Source: Alphaproteobacteria bacterium (GTDB lineage Bacteria; Pseudomonadota; Alphaproteobacteria; Rs-D84). From it: a stretch of 64,000 nucleotides of DNA. Both the position numbers and the translations under genes were made by a program. The notes below the pieces were generated by a model. That model saw nothing but the letters and a program-made list of their open reading frames with translations, had not been told where the DNA came from and ran no database searches. Location: the NCBI GenBank assembly GCA_017935245.1, contig JAGBHZ010000011.1:107286-171285 (forward strand). Reading direction: 5' to 3'. This document shows, in pieces, positions 19,481 through 28,903 of this stretch. The first letter of the stretch is position 1, and every line of letters begins with the position of its first letter.

Positions 19481-20119
19481 ATGAAAAAGTTAGTTATATG
19501 TGGCGCAATGGCCGCGATGTTGGCGGCATGCACAACCGTTAATCCATACACCGGGCAATCCCAGGTTGCAAAATCTACATGGGGAACCGCAATCGGCGCA
19601 ACAACCGGCGCATTAATCGGCAGTCGTAACAGCAGCGAAGGCGCATTGGTCGGCGCATTGGCGGGTGCGGCCGTTGGTGGTGGGGTTGGATACTATTTGG
19701 ATGTTCAGGCGGCCGAATTACGCCAAGAATTGGCATCAACCGGTGTCCAGGTTGTTGAATCCGATGACAGTATTCGTCTGATTATGCCGGGCAATATCAC
19801 GTTCCGTACCGATTCTGCGGATATTAATTCTTCGTTTTATCCGGTACTGAATTCTGTGGCCAAGGTTTTAAAGAAATACAGCAATTCAACAGTCATGGTT
19901 TCCGGCCATACCGACAGTACAGGCAGCGCAGATTATAATCTGGCATTGTCAAAATCACGCGCACAATCGGTGGCGGCATATCTGCAGGGGCAGGGGGTTA
20001 AATCATCCCGGTTCGAAGTTCTGGGGATGGGGTCATCAAACCCAATTGCATCAAATGCGGATAGCGCGGGACGCGCACAAAACCGTCGTGTTGAAATTAA
20101 AATTATTCCAAATAAATAA
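19481..20119 (+). CDS. OmpA-family lipoprotein with a glycine-zipper region and a C-terminal peptidoglycan-binding domain
   Basis: Lipobox (MLAAC), Gly-zipper (GATTGALIGS...GALAGAAVGGGVGY), and an OmpA_C-like domain (TDSTGSADYNLALSKSRAQSV, NRRVEI). 212 aa. Confidence 0.85.
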   Translation: MKKLVICGAMAAMLAACTTVNPYTGQSQVAKSTWGTAIGATTGALIGSRNSSEGALVGALAGAAVGGGVGYYLDVQAAELRQELASTGVQVVESDDSIRLIMPGNITFRTDSADINSSFYPVLNSVAKVLKKYSNSTVMVSGHTDSTGSADYNLALSKSRAQSVAAYLQGQGVKSSRFEVLGMGSSNPIASNADSAGRAQNRRVEIKIIPNK

Positions 20120-20150
20120 ATATTCCCGCGTTATGCGGGATTTTTATTTT
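20120..20150 (+). terminator. Rho-independent terminator after the ompA-like gene
   Basis: TCCCGCG-ttat-GCGGGA followed by TTTTTATTTTT. Confidence 0.7.
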
Positions 20151-20193
20151 TATCACCTGTTTTTTTGGCAAAATTTATGATAAAATACGCATC

Positions 20194-22446
20194 ATGAGTA
20201 AAGATTCAAGATTTTTGCCCGAACGTATGTCGGGTGCACTGAAAAGTATGGCGTGGCGCGTGTTTGGCGCAACGCTGATGTTGTTGGGCGTATGTTTGTG
20301 TTGGGCACTGTTTTTTCATAACCCATACCTGGATGGATTTTCCACGGCCAGTACGTTTGGTACACAATCATGGCTGGGCCAGGTGGCCGGGTTTATGCGA
20401 TATGGTATTGGGTTTGTGCCAACACTGTTTGTTTTTATGTGTATGGTACGCGGTGGTTTGGCATTAATGATTAATTGGTCCGATGATGCAACACCAGAAT
20501 ACAATATTTTACGTGGTTTTATCGCAACCTTTGTTGGGGCGGCGGGGTTTGGTATGGTTATGCCGGGGGCAACGTTCGGGGGACTGGCCGGGGCAATTGC
20601 GGCAAATGATTTATCATTATTAATCGGCAGATGGGCAATACCGGTTGGAATATTGTGTATTGCGCTGTTTATATATATGGCGGCGTGTTTATTACATATT
20701 AAATGGGCACATGTACGCGCAATTGCAATGCGGGTATGGATTGCAATACGATGGATGTTGGCGGCATTTCATTTAACCAGCGCACCCGCAAAAACAGTTA
20801 TAGCAGAAACATCTGGGGCAGAAGATGAAATTGATTCCGAACCAGATTCAGACGAAGATGACACACCAAAAAAACGTACATCACGGAAACGCGCAACGCG
20901 CGCAATCAGTGCGCCGGCCACCGTTGCGGCGGCACGTCCCGCAATCGCGATGGGCGATTATCCATTACCAGATCCTAAATTCTTGGAAAAATCAAACTTT
21001 GGTAAATGTGTTGTAACCCCAGAACTGAAACAAAATGCAAAAAATATGGAAATTCATTTTGCAGAATATGGTGTTCGTGGACGTGTTGTCGGTATTAAAC
21101 CAGGGCCAATTGTTACACTTTATGAATTCGAACCAGATAGTGGTATGCGCATGGTTGATATTACCAAAACCGTCAAAGATATGACCCGTGCAATGGCAAC
21201 AGAAAATATACGTATCGCACATATTCCACGTACTAATTTTGTTGGCGTTGAAATGGTTAATTTAAACCGACAAACCGTCCGTTATCGTGGCTTGGTTGAT
21301 AATCCTTTGTTCACAGAATCAAAGTATAAAATACCACTGGCACTGGGGGTGGATATTGGCGGAAATTCAATGTACTTTGATTTGGCAAAAATGCCACATA
21401 TGTTAATTGCAGGACGTACAGGTTCGGGTAAATCTGTATTCGTGCAATCAATTATTACATCTATTGTTTATCATTTTACGCCGGATAAATGCAAACTGAT
21501 GATTATTGACCCAAAGGGGGTTGATTTCGGATTCTGGGATGAAATTCCACATCTGATTACGCCGATTGTAAAACTGGACCCGGCGGCGGCGGTTAATGCA
21601 TTAAAATGGGCCGTGCGCGAAATGGAAGAACGATATAAACAATTACAGGTCTTGAACGCACGTAATATCGAAAGTTATAATGAATTGGCCGCACAAAAGC
21701 GGGCGGCGGGTGAAAAATTGACTAAACAGGTCGCCGTTGGAACAGATGAAGAAACCGGTGAATTGTTATTCGAAACCCAGGAAATAGATTTGTCTGATAT
21801 GCCATATATCGTCATTATTATTGACGAGGTCGCAGATTTAATGAGCCTGGCCCGAAAAGAAGTTGAAGCATGTGTTCAACGTATCGCACAAAAAGCACGT
21901 GCGGCGGGTATCCACCTGGTGATGGCAACCCAGCGACCAGACGCAACCACAATTACCGGTGTTATCAAGGCGAATTTCCCAACACGTGTTTCGTTCCAAG
22001 CACGCAGCCGTATCGACAGTGCAACCACACTGGGCGAAGGGGGCGCAGAACAATTATTGGCATGCGGGGATATGCTGTTTAGCGAAGCAGGACGCGTACC
22101 AGTTCGTATCCATGGCGCATTTATTGCAGATGATGAATTAACACGTATTGGCAATTTCCTGCGGGCACAGGGCGAACCAGAATATGCATCTGGGGTTACA
22201 GAAAGCGAAGAAACGCCAGGTGGCACAATGCCCACACCATCCGCCGCCGAGGTTAAGGCAGAAAAAAATGCCGACCTTTATGAACAGGCAAAAGAAGTTG
22301 TTTTACGTGATAAAAAACCAACTATTTCATATGTCCAACGCAGATTGGGTGTTGGATATAACAAAGCCGCCGGTTTTATCGAGCGCATGGAACAAGAAGG
22401 GATTGTCAGTGCACCCGACGCCAGCGGAAAACGTCAAGTGTTATAA
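20194..22446 (+). CDS. ftsK: DNA translocase FtsK
   Basis: N-terminal transmembrane helices, an Ala/Asp-rich linker, Walker A (GRTGSGKSV), Walker B (IVIIIDEVADLM), and a C-terminal gamma winged-helix domain (ISYVQRRLGVGYNKAAGFIERMEQEGIV). 750 aa. Confidence 0.93.
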   Translation: MSKDSRFLPERMSGALKSMAWRVFGATLMLLGVCLCWALFFHNPYLDGFSTASTFGTQSWLGQVAGFMRYGIGFVPTLFVFMCMVRGGLALMINWSDDATPEYNILRGFIATFVGAAGFGMVMPGATFGGLAGAIAANDLSLLIGRWAIPVGILCIALFIYMAACLLHIKWAHVRAIAMRVWIAIRWMLAAFHLTSAPAKTVIAETSGAEDEIDSEPDSDEDDTPKKRTSRKRATRAISAPATVAAARPAIAMGDYPLPDPKFLEKSNFGKCVVTPELKQNAKNMEIHFAEYGVRGRVVGIKPGPIVTLYEFEPDSGMRMVDITKTVKDMTRAMATENIRIAHIPRTNFVGVEMVNLNRQTVRYRGLVDNPLFTESKYKIPLALGVDIGGNSMYFDLAKMPHMLIAGRTGSGKSVFVQSIITSIVYHFTPDKCKLMIIDPKGVDFGFWDEIPHLITPIVKLDPAAAVNALKWAVREMEERYKQLQVLNARNIESYNELAAQKRAAGEKLTKQVAVGTDEETGELLFETQEIDLSDMPYIVIIIDEVADLMSLARKEVEACVQRIAQKARAAGIHLVMATQRPDATTITGVIKANFPTRVSFQARSRIDSATTLGEGGAEQLLACGDMLFSEAGRVPVRIHGAFIADDELTRIGNFLRAQGEPEYASGVTESEETPGGTMPTPSAAEVKAEKNADLYEQAKEVVLRDKKPTISYVQRRLGVGYNKAAGFIERMEQEGIVSAPDASGKRQVL

Positions 22447-22450
22447 CGAT

Positions 22451-22478
22451 AAAAAAATCCCCAAATGGGGATTTTTTT
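22451..22478. terminator. Bidirectional rho-independent terminator between the convergent ftsK and rpsO
   Basis: AAAAAAATCCCC-aaat-GGGGATTTTTTT. Confidence 0.8.
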
Positions 22479-22749
22479 ATTTACGCAGACCTAATTTCTT
22501 AATCAGTTCTTCGTATTCGGCAACATCATTTTTCTTGATATATGCCAACAATTTTTTACGACGGTTAACCATCAACAACAAACCACGTTTAGAATGTTTG
22601 TCTTTGTGATTAGCCTTCATGTGTTCTGTCAAATTGCGAATACGCAAAGTCAAACCGGCAACCTGGGCCGCCGCAGAACCACCATTGTCTTTTTCAGTCG
22701 TTTTGAAATTTGCCACTACTTCGGCAATTTGTTCTTTTGTAACGGACAT
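22477..22749 (-). CDS. rpsO: 30S ribosomal protein S15
   Basis: MSVTKEQIAEVVANF...HKDKHSKRGLLLMVNRRKKLLAYIKK is clearly S15. The true start is the internal Met; the tracked ORF 22477..22914 over-extends into truB. Confidence 0.92.
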   Translation of the reverse strand: MSVTKEQIAEVVANFKTTEKDNGGSAAAQVAGLTLRIRNLTEHMKANHKDKHSKRGLLLMVNRRKKLLAYIKKNDVAEYEELIKKLGLRK

Positions 22750-22765
22750 TGTTTTTTCCTTTGTT

Positions 22766-23638
22766 TTAAATTGTTCTTTTTGGGCGCAATTCTCCATCCA
22801 CGACCATGCTAATCCCAATGAATTTATCACCAGAATATACACGACGCAGACCGTTCGCACCCCCCGTCGCGACAAAGCCGCCATTTTTATAAAAATTGAC
22901 CGCCGTGCCGTCAAGATTCACAACCGGAATGTCCCCCAGTCCTGAATCAATTGGTTCCAAGTATTTCTTGAAATCGCCCCCATTATTAACCAGATTTTCC
23001 AAAAAATCAAGTTTTACCGCATTTTTTATCGTAAAACCATTGGTTTGGGTGCGCCTTATCATATCAACCGTTGCAATACATCCACACATTTTTGCAATAT
23101 CACGGGCGATACTGCGCACGTATGTGCCACGACTGCAAATCACACGAAAATGCCAGGAATCATTGCGCGCGCCCAGAAATTCCAGTTCAAAAATTTCAAT
23201 TTCACGTGCCGGTATTTCGATTTTACGGCCGCGACGCGCCGCATCATATGCACGTACACCATCAACATGTACCGCCGAATAGAGTGGGGGCGTCTGCATA
23301 ATTTTTCCAATCAATTTTGGTATTACCGACACAACCATATCAACCGTTGGCACAATATCATCGCGCGCAATTTCGTGGCCGGTTATATCAAGGGTGTCTG
23401 TTTCAAATCCAAATTGACAGGAAAACAAATATTCTTTTTTATTTGAATTTATATCTTCGATAAAAGGAATCATTTTTGTGGCACTGCCAATCGCAATCGG
23501 CAATACACCCGACGCCATTGGGTCCAGTGTGCCAATATGCCCAAATTTTTTGGTTTCAAACATACGTGCAACGCGCCCGCCCGCCGTACGGGAAAACAAA
23601 CCTGATTCTTTGTCCAAGATTATAAATCCATCCGCCAT
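22766..23638 (-). CDS. truB: tRNA pseudouridine-55 synthase TruB
   Basis: GHIGTLDPMASGVLPIAIGSATK catalytic Asp motif, and the truB-rpsO gene order. 290 aa. Confidence 0.92.
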   Translation of the reverse strand: MADGFIILDKESGLFSRTAGGRVARMFETKKFGHIGTLDPMASGVLPIAIGSATKMIPFIEDINSNKKEYLFSCQFGFETDTLDITGHEIARDDIVPTVDMVVSVIPKLIGKIMQTPPLYSAVHVDGVRAYDAARRGRKIEIPAREIEIFELEFLGARNDSWHFRVICSRGTYVRSIARDIAKMCGCIATVDMIRRTQTNGFTIKNAVKLDFLENLVNNGGDFKKYLEPIDSGLGDIPVVNLDGTAVNFYKNGGFVATGGANGLRRVYSGDKFIGISMVVDGELRPKRTI

Positions 23639-23641
23639 TAT

Positions 23642-26155
23642 TTATTCCCCAAACAGATTTAATTGTGAACGCGGCACAGATGATATTATTGTGGATTTTT
23701 TTTCAGACTTATCTTGTTGCGAATTTGTACATTTGGGTATATCTGAATTATGTGATTCCAGACCCAATAACACGGATTCCGCACGCGCAATAACAGATGC
23801 CGGCATACCCGCCATACGCGCAACATGAATACCGTATGAACGGTTCGCAACACCGGGAACAATTTTATGCATAAACACAATCTCGTTATTATGTTCACGG
23901 ACGTCAATGGTCAGGCACGAAACATTATCCATCTGAATAGATGTTAATTCGTGATAATGTGTCGCAAACAGTGTTCGTGGCTGTAAATCGTTTAAAAATT
24001 CCAGAACCGCCTGGGCAATGGCCATGCCGTCATACGTTGCCGTGCCACGCCCAATTTCATCAAAGATAATAAATGATTTCTTTGTCGCACGATTTAGGAT
24101 GTTTGCAGTCTCGGCCATTTCAACCATAAATGTTGATTGCCCCGCCGCCAGATTATCAGATGCACCAACACGACTAAACAACTGGTCGCATATTCCAATG
24201 ATGGCACGCGTTGCCGGCACAAACGACCCCAGGTGTGCCATAACCACAATAATCGCATTTTGACGTAAATATGTCGATTTACCCGCCATATTTGGTCCCG
24301 TCAACAATGCAATCGCACGCGCGTTTAAATTACAATCATTTTTTACAAAATTATCACCGCGCGCACGCAGGACAGATTCAATCACCGGATGACGACCACC
24401 AATAATATCAAACGAACAATCATTTGTTATGGTTGGGCATGTCCAATTATATAAATCTGCGCAATAGGCAAGTGAACACCACACATCCATATCCGCCAGC
24501 AAATCCGACGTAGATAATAAATCATCGGCAATGCTGCGGATATCTTCGATTAAGTCTGATATAATTTGTGATTCTATGCCGGCAGATTTTTCGGCCGCAC
24601 TGCGCACATCGTTATCCAGGTCAATCAGGCGTGCCGTCGTAAATCGCATATTACCCGCCATCGTTTGACGATGAATAAATCCAGTCTCAGGCGACATCAT
24701 AACATCGGCACGGGTGGTTGGAACCTCTATAAAATACCCAAGAATATTATTATATTTTATCTTTAATGTATTAATGCCGGTTTTAGATACATATTCCGAT
24801 TGCAGGGCCGCAATTGTTTCCTTGGCACCGTTGGCCAGACGACGCATATTATCCAACCCAATATCAAATCCATCACGTATCACATTTCCATCACGAAAAA
24901 ATGTTGGTAATTCATCTGATAATGCATTTGATAACTTTAAACATAATTCATCATGTGTGCGAATTTGCGAAAATCGTGATGCCATGAAGGAATCCAAACG
25001 CGATGACATAAGTTTTGATTCTGGTAACTTTGATATAAAGTCGTAAATATTACGCATATCACGCGGTGTGCCACGACCAGACAACAAACGCGATAAACAA
25101 CGACCAACATCGGGGACCGATGTCAATATACGTTGCATCGACATCATAATATCCGGATTTGAAATCATATGCGCAATATGTGCATGACGCGAGTGAATTT
25201 CATCAATATCTGCCGATAAAGAACGTAAATAACCACGCAACTTTCGCGCCCCGGCCGCCGTCTTAGTGTTATCCAGAACATCAATCAACGACATGCCACC
25301 ATCATTTATTGGGGCATCGATTTCCAAACTTTTCCAGGTGGCAGAATCAATTAATAATTGCGCCCCGGATTTAAATATATGTGGCGCACGAAATGTTATT
25401 GGGGCATCACGTTGGGTATTAAACAAATATCCCGCCAATAAACATATCGCATTATCAATATTTGTTGAAATCGCATCCATACGAACAACACCACCAAATA
25501 CACGCGATACAATCTGGTCAATGTCTGTGCGATGATATAATTTTTCAAATACAGCCGTTGTTTTAAATATATCACGCAATTGCATTATTTTATCATGTTC
25601 GGCGGCGGCGGATGGATATATAACCTCGGCCGGGGTCAGGCGTACCAAATCATCAACAATATCGGTTGTTTTGCCAATAAAAAATTCACCTGTTGAAATA
25701 TCACAACCGGCAATATCAAAATCATCACCAGATAACGGAATTACAGACACCAAGAAATTAGAATTTTTCGGTGTTAATAAATTTTCATCGGTTAATGTTC
25801 CCGGGGTTAATACACGAACCACCTTGCGTTCAATAAACTTGTGGCCGCGGGCCTTGGCCTCGGCCGGGGTTTCCATTTGCTCAACCAATGCCACCGAAAA
25901 ACCGCCACGCACCAGGCGCCCAAAATAATTATCCGCCGCATGCCACGGAATACCACACATCGGAATCGCATCACCATCACCGTCGGTACCACGGGCCGTT
26001 AATACCAGACCAAGATTCGAACTGATTATTTTTGCATCTTCAAAAAAAGATTCATAAAAATCCCCCAGTCGAAACATTAATAACGCATCTGGGTTTTCGG
26101 CCTTCATATCAACATATTGTTGCATAACCGGGGTCAGTTTACTTTTTTCCGCCAC
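23642..26155 (-). CDS. mutS: DNA mismatch repair protein MutS
   Basis: N-terminal mismatch-binding region (TPVMQQY...GDFYE), Walker A (LLTGPNMAGKST), and an ABC signature. 837 aa. Confidence 0.93.
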   Translation of the reverse strand: MAEKSKLTPVMQQYVDMKAENPDALLMFRLGDFYESFFEDAKIISSNLGLVLTARGTDGDGDAIPMCGIPWHAADNYFGRLVRGGFSVALVEQMETPAEAKARGHKFIERKVVRVLTPGTLTDENLLTPKNSNFLVSVIPLSGDDFDIAGCDISTGEFFIGKTTDIVDDLVRLTPAEVIYPSAAAEHDKIMQLRDIFKTTAVFEKLYHRTDIDQIVSRVFGGVVRMDAISTNIDNAICLLAGYLFNTQRDAPITFRAPHIFKSGAQLLIDSATWKSLEIDAPINDGGMSLIDVLDNTKTAAGARKLRGYLRSLSADIDEIHSRHAHIAHMISNPDIMMSMQRILTSVPDVGRCLSRLLSGRGTPRDMRNIYDFISKLPESKLMSSRLDSFMASRFSQIRTHDELCLKLSNALSDELPTFFRDGNVIRDGFDIGLDNMRRLANGAKETIAALQSEYVSKTGINTLKIKYNNILGYFIEVPTTRADVMMSPETGFIHRQTMAGNMRFTTARLIDLDNDVRSAAEKSAGIESQIISDLIEDIRSIADDLLSTSDLLADMDVWCSLAYCADLYNWTCPTITNDCSFDIIGGRHPVIESVLRARGDNFVKNDCNLNARAIALLTGPNMAGKSTYLRQNAIIVVMAHLGSFVPATRAIIGICDQLFSRVGASDNLAAGQSTFMVEMAETANILNRATKKSFIIFDEIGRGTATYDGMAIAQAVLEFLNDLQPRTLFATHYHELTSIQMDNVSCLTIDVREHNNEIVFMHKIVPGVANRSYGIHVARMAGMPASVIARAESVLLGLESHNSDIPKCTNSQQDKSEKKSTIISSVPRSQLNLFGE

Positions 26156-26181
26156 GATAAATCCGTTTGATAATATTTTTA

Positions 26182-26376
26182 TTAATTTGATACTTTTAGT
26201 GTTTCAATTTTTAATTCGGCTTCTTTTAACAATTGTTCACAGTATGCCTTTAATTTCACACCATGTTCATATGCCGCAACAGATTCCGCCAATGGTAATT
26301 CGCCAGATTCCATTTTTTTTACCAATTCGGTTAATTGTTTATACGCTTCTTCGAACGTCAGTTTATTTTCATCCAT
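26182..26376 (-). CDS. xseB: Exodeoxyribonuclease VII small subunit
   Basis: 64 aa. Matches the XseB pattern (LTFEEAYKQLTELVKKMESGELPLAESVAAYEHGVKL). Confidence 0.8.
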   Translation of the reverse strand: MDENKLTFEEAYKQLTELVKKMESGELPLAESVAAYEHGVKLKAYCEQLLKEAELKIETLKVSN

Positions 26377-26436
26377 AATTTTACCCCATGTTTTTACATG
26401 GGATAAGATACAAAATCATTATTAAATTTGCAATTA

Positions 26437-26466
26437 AAAATCCGGCATTTGCCGGATTTTTTATTC
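26437..26466. terminator. Rho-independent (bidirectional-looking) terminator downstream of the TPR gene
   Basis: AAAAATCCGGC-attt-GCCGGATTTTTTATT. Confidence 0.75.
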
Positions 26467-27468
26467 AGATACAACAACCGGTTCGGTCGGTTGTGGATTA
26501 TTCATTTCTAATATCAATGCATCCAGGCGTGCAACCGTTTCCGCATCACCCAACGCCGCAGCAATTGTACGTGATGATTCCAGGTCAGAACGCGCCGCAT
26601 CCATGTTACCCAAGTTAACATTTAATGCCGCAGATTTTTCAAAATAATCCATCGCACGTGTTGACAGACTTTCACGTTCTTCCATTGTTGGTGCACCCTG
26701 AATCTGTTCAGAAATAACACGAACCGCAGATGAATAATCATTTATCGCATCGGCATAGTTACCCATCGCAGTGTACGCTTCGGCACGTTCGGCATAAACC
26801 GTTGGGTTAACAATCCCTTCGGGGCGGGCCAATGAATTTGTATAGTCGGCAACGGCACCTTCCCAGTTCTTTAACCACAGGTTTAATTGCCCACGTTTGG
26901 CATACAAATCACGCAATTGCAAAACATCGCTGGGGTTCTGGGTGTTTGATGCCATCGCATTATTAATATCGTTTAATGCCGCACCATAATCTTCTAGACG
27001 GGTGTTTAACAACGAACGATCATAAAATGCAACCGCGTTTTGTGGATCTTTTTCCAATGCTAAATCAAAATCTGCCATCGCATTGCGATAATCACCAGAT
27101 TGCATGTATGCTTCACCGCGCAAGATATATGTATCAATTGATGCGGCACCACTGTCAATTGCGGTTGTTAAATCTGCAATCGCTTCATCCATATTGCCGG
27201 ACAACAATTTTGTTTTGCCAGATTCAAAATAATCATTGGCCTGTAATAATGCTTCTTCGGAAATTTCAACATTTGATGGGGTATAAATTGCATTATGACT
27301 GCGCCCCAGGATGTAAAATGTTGCCGCAATAAAGAATAAAATTATAAACCAATATACATAAATCGACAGCGACCATGGATTCGCACATGGTTTCTTAGCA
27401 ACCGGCTTTGCCGCGATTTTCTGAACTTTTTTTGTATTTAATGTTTTTTTTGATGGTGTTTTTTTCAT
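26461..27468 (-). CDS. Membrane-anchored TPR-repeat protein, hypothetical
   Basis: Lys-rich N-terminus, one transmembrane helix (IYVYWFIILFFIAATFYIL), then several TPR repeats (e.g. GEAYMQSGDYRNAMADFDLALEKDPQNAVAFYDRS). 335 aa. Confidence 0.65.
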   Translation of the reverse strand: MKKTPSKKTLNTKKVQKIAAKPVAKKPCANPWSLSIYVYWFIILFFIAATFYILGRSHNAIYTPSNVEISEEALLQANDYFESGKTKLLSGNMDEAIADLTTAIDSGAASIDTYILRGEAYMQSGDYRNAMADFDLALEKDPQNAVAFYDRSLLNTRLEDYGAALNDINNAMASNTQNPSDVLQLRDLYAKRGQLNLWLKNWEGAVADYTNSLARPEGIVNPTVYAERAEAYTAMGNYADAINDYSSAVRVISEQIQGAPTMEERESLSTRAMDYFEKSAALNVNLGNMDAARSDLESSRTIAAALGDAETVARLDALILEMNNPQPTEPVVVSE

Positions 27469-27496
27469 AAAAATCTCCCTTCCGTTTAATGGAATA

Positions 27497-28192
27497 TTAG
27501 AGAGTTTTTATCATTTCGTCAATTGTTTTCTGAGAAATCTTTTTAATTTGTCCGGGCGTTAAATCCCCCAGGTCTATTTTTCCATATTTTATGCGATGTA
27601 ATTTTTTTACCGGACATCCGCACGCACGCATCACAATGCGGATTTCATTCTTTTTCCCTTCGGTTATTTCAATGCGCAAAATCCCTGGTTCTGGCCCAGT
27701 AATTTTCATTGGTGCATATCGCACACCATCAACCGTTATTCCACGACGCGCCAAATCCAGTTTTTTTGTATCACCAGAAACCGTCGCAATATAAACACGT
27801 GGAATTTTTGATGATGGTAACGTTAATCGGCGCGCCAAATCACCATCATTTGTTAACAATAACAAACCCGTCGTCTTGTAATCTAATCGACCAATATATT
27901 TTAGATGACGATATTGCGCCGGCAATACATCATATATCGTTTTGCGGTTTTCTGGATCATGTGCGGTTGTCATTGTATTAATCGGCTTATAAAATGCATA
28001 CAGTTCTGTATTTTTTTGCATACTTATTTTTTTACCATTTACCGTTACAACATCATTACAGTCAACAAAATTCACCGGACTATCAATTATCTTTCCATTT
28101 ATCGCAACCACGCCATCGGAAATTAATTTTTCCGCCGCGCGACGCGATGCGACACCTTTATCTGATAAAAACTTTGCAATACGTACCGTCAT
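27497..28192 (-). CDS. rRNA pseudouridine synthase, RsuA/RluB family
   Basis: N-terminal S4 domain (RIAKFLSDKGVASRRAAEKLI) and the catalytic RLDYKTTGLLLLTNDG motif. 231 aa. Confidence 0.85.
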   Translation of the reverse strand: MTVRIAKFLSDKGVASRRAAEKLISDGVVAINGKIIDSPVNFVDCNDVVTVNGKKISMQKNTELYAFYKPINTMTTAHDPENRKTIYDVLPAQYRHLKYIGRLDYKTTGLLLLTNDGDLARRLTLPSSKIPRVYIATVSGDTKKLDLARRGITVDGVRYAPMKITGPEPGILRIEITEGKKNEIRIVMRACGCPVKKLHRIKYGKIDLGDLTPGQIKKISQKTIDEMIKTL

Positions 28193-28194
28193 TT

Positions 28195-28848
28195 TTATTT
28201 AATTATCTTTGCCAATGCGACAATTGCCGCGGTTTCCGCACGCAGTATTGTTTTGCCCAACGAAACACCGCGCGCACCCGCCGCATCCAGCGCAATAAAT
28301 TCTTCGTCGGAAAATCCACCTTCGGGACCGACCAGGATTTTTTTTGTATCAAAATCATTTGACGCATCCGCACCATGGGCCGCGCGTTCGTCTGCAAAAA
28401 CAATATCCGATAAATCCAGGTCTGAAAATTTTACAGGTTCCAGTATTTTTGGTACAGAATTACGGTTTGATTGTTCGGCGGCCTCGGTCGCTATTTTTTG
28501 CATACGGTCCCAATTTATATGATGTGCAACCGTGCGTGCAGTTATAACCGGCACAAAACACACAATCCCCATCTGGGTCGCCATATTAATTAAATCATCG
28601 GTATGCTTAATAGGGGAAAACATTAATGTAATATCATTTGATGGGTCAATATGCGGGGTTTTGTCCCCAACAACCAGATTTTTATCATCATCTGATACGG
28701 TGGCAACAAATTCATTTCCACCACCAAAAACCAAACATTCGCGCGTACGCATAACACGCGTTAAATAATGTAATGTTTCACGCGACAACGGTATTTTAAT
28801 ACCAGCATCAATATTATCACCGACAAAAATTCTTGGAATATTTTTCAT
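28195..28848 (-). CDS. rsmE: 16S rRNA (uracil1498-N3)-methyltransferase RsmE
   Basis: PUA-like N-terminus, SPOUT C-terminus with LGPEGGFSDEE and ILRAETAAI. 217 aa. Confidence 0.8.
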   Translation of the reverse strand: MKNIPRIFVGDNIDAGIKIPLSRETLHYLTRVMRTRECLVFGGGNEFVATVSDDDKNLVVGDKTPHIDPSNDITLMFSPIKHTDDLINMATQMGIVCFVPVITARTVAHHINWDRMQKIATEAAEQSNRNSVPKILEPVKFSDLDLSDIVFADERAAHGADASNDFDTKKILVGPEGGFSDEEFIALDAAGARGVSLGKTILRAETAAIVALAKIIK

Positions 28849-28903
28849 AAATTTATATTTCCGTATTTATCCAATTGATTTTTTCTGATATAATCATAAC
28901 ACA

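Noticed and set aside
22148-22609. 153-aa + strand ORF spanning the ftsK end, the terminator and rpsO
   Set aside because: It crosses a bidirectional terminator and overlaps two well-supported genes, so it is spurious.
22477-22914. 145-aa extent of the rpsO ORF
   Set aside because: The upstream 55 codons overlap truB and have no similarity to S15. The real start is the internal MSVTKEQ at 22749.
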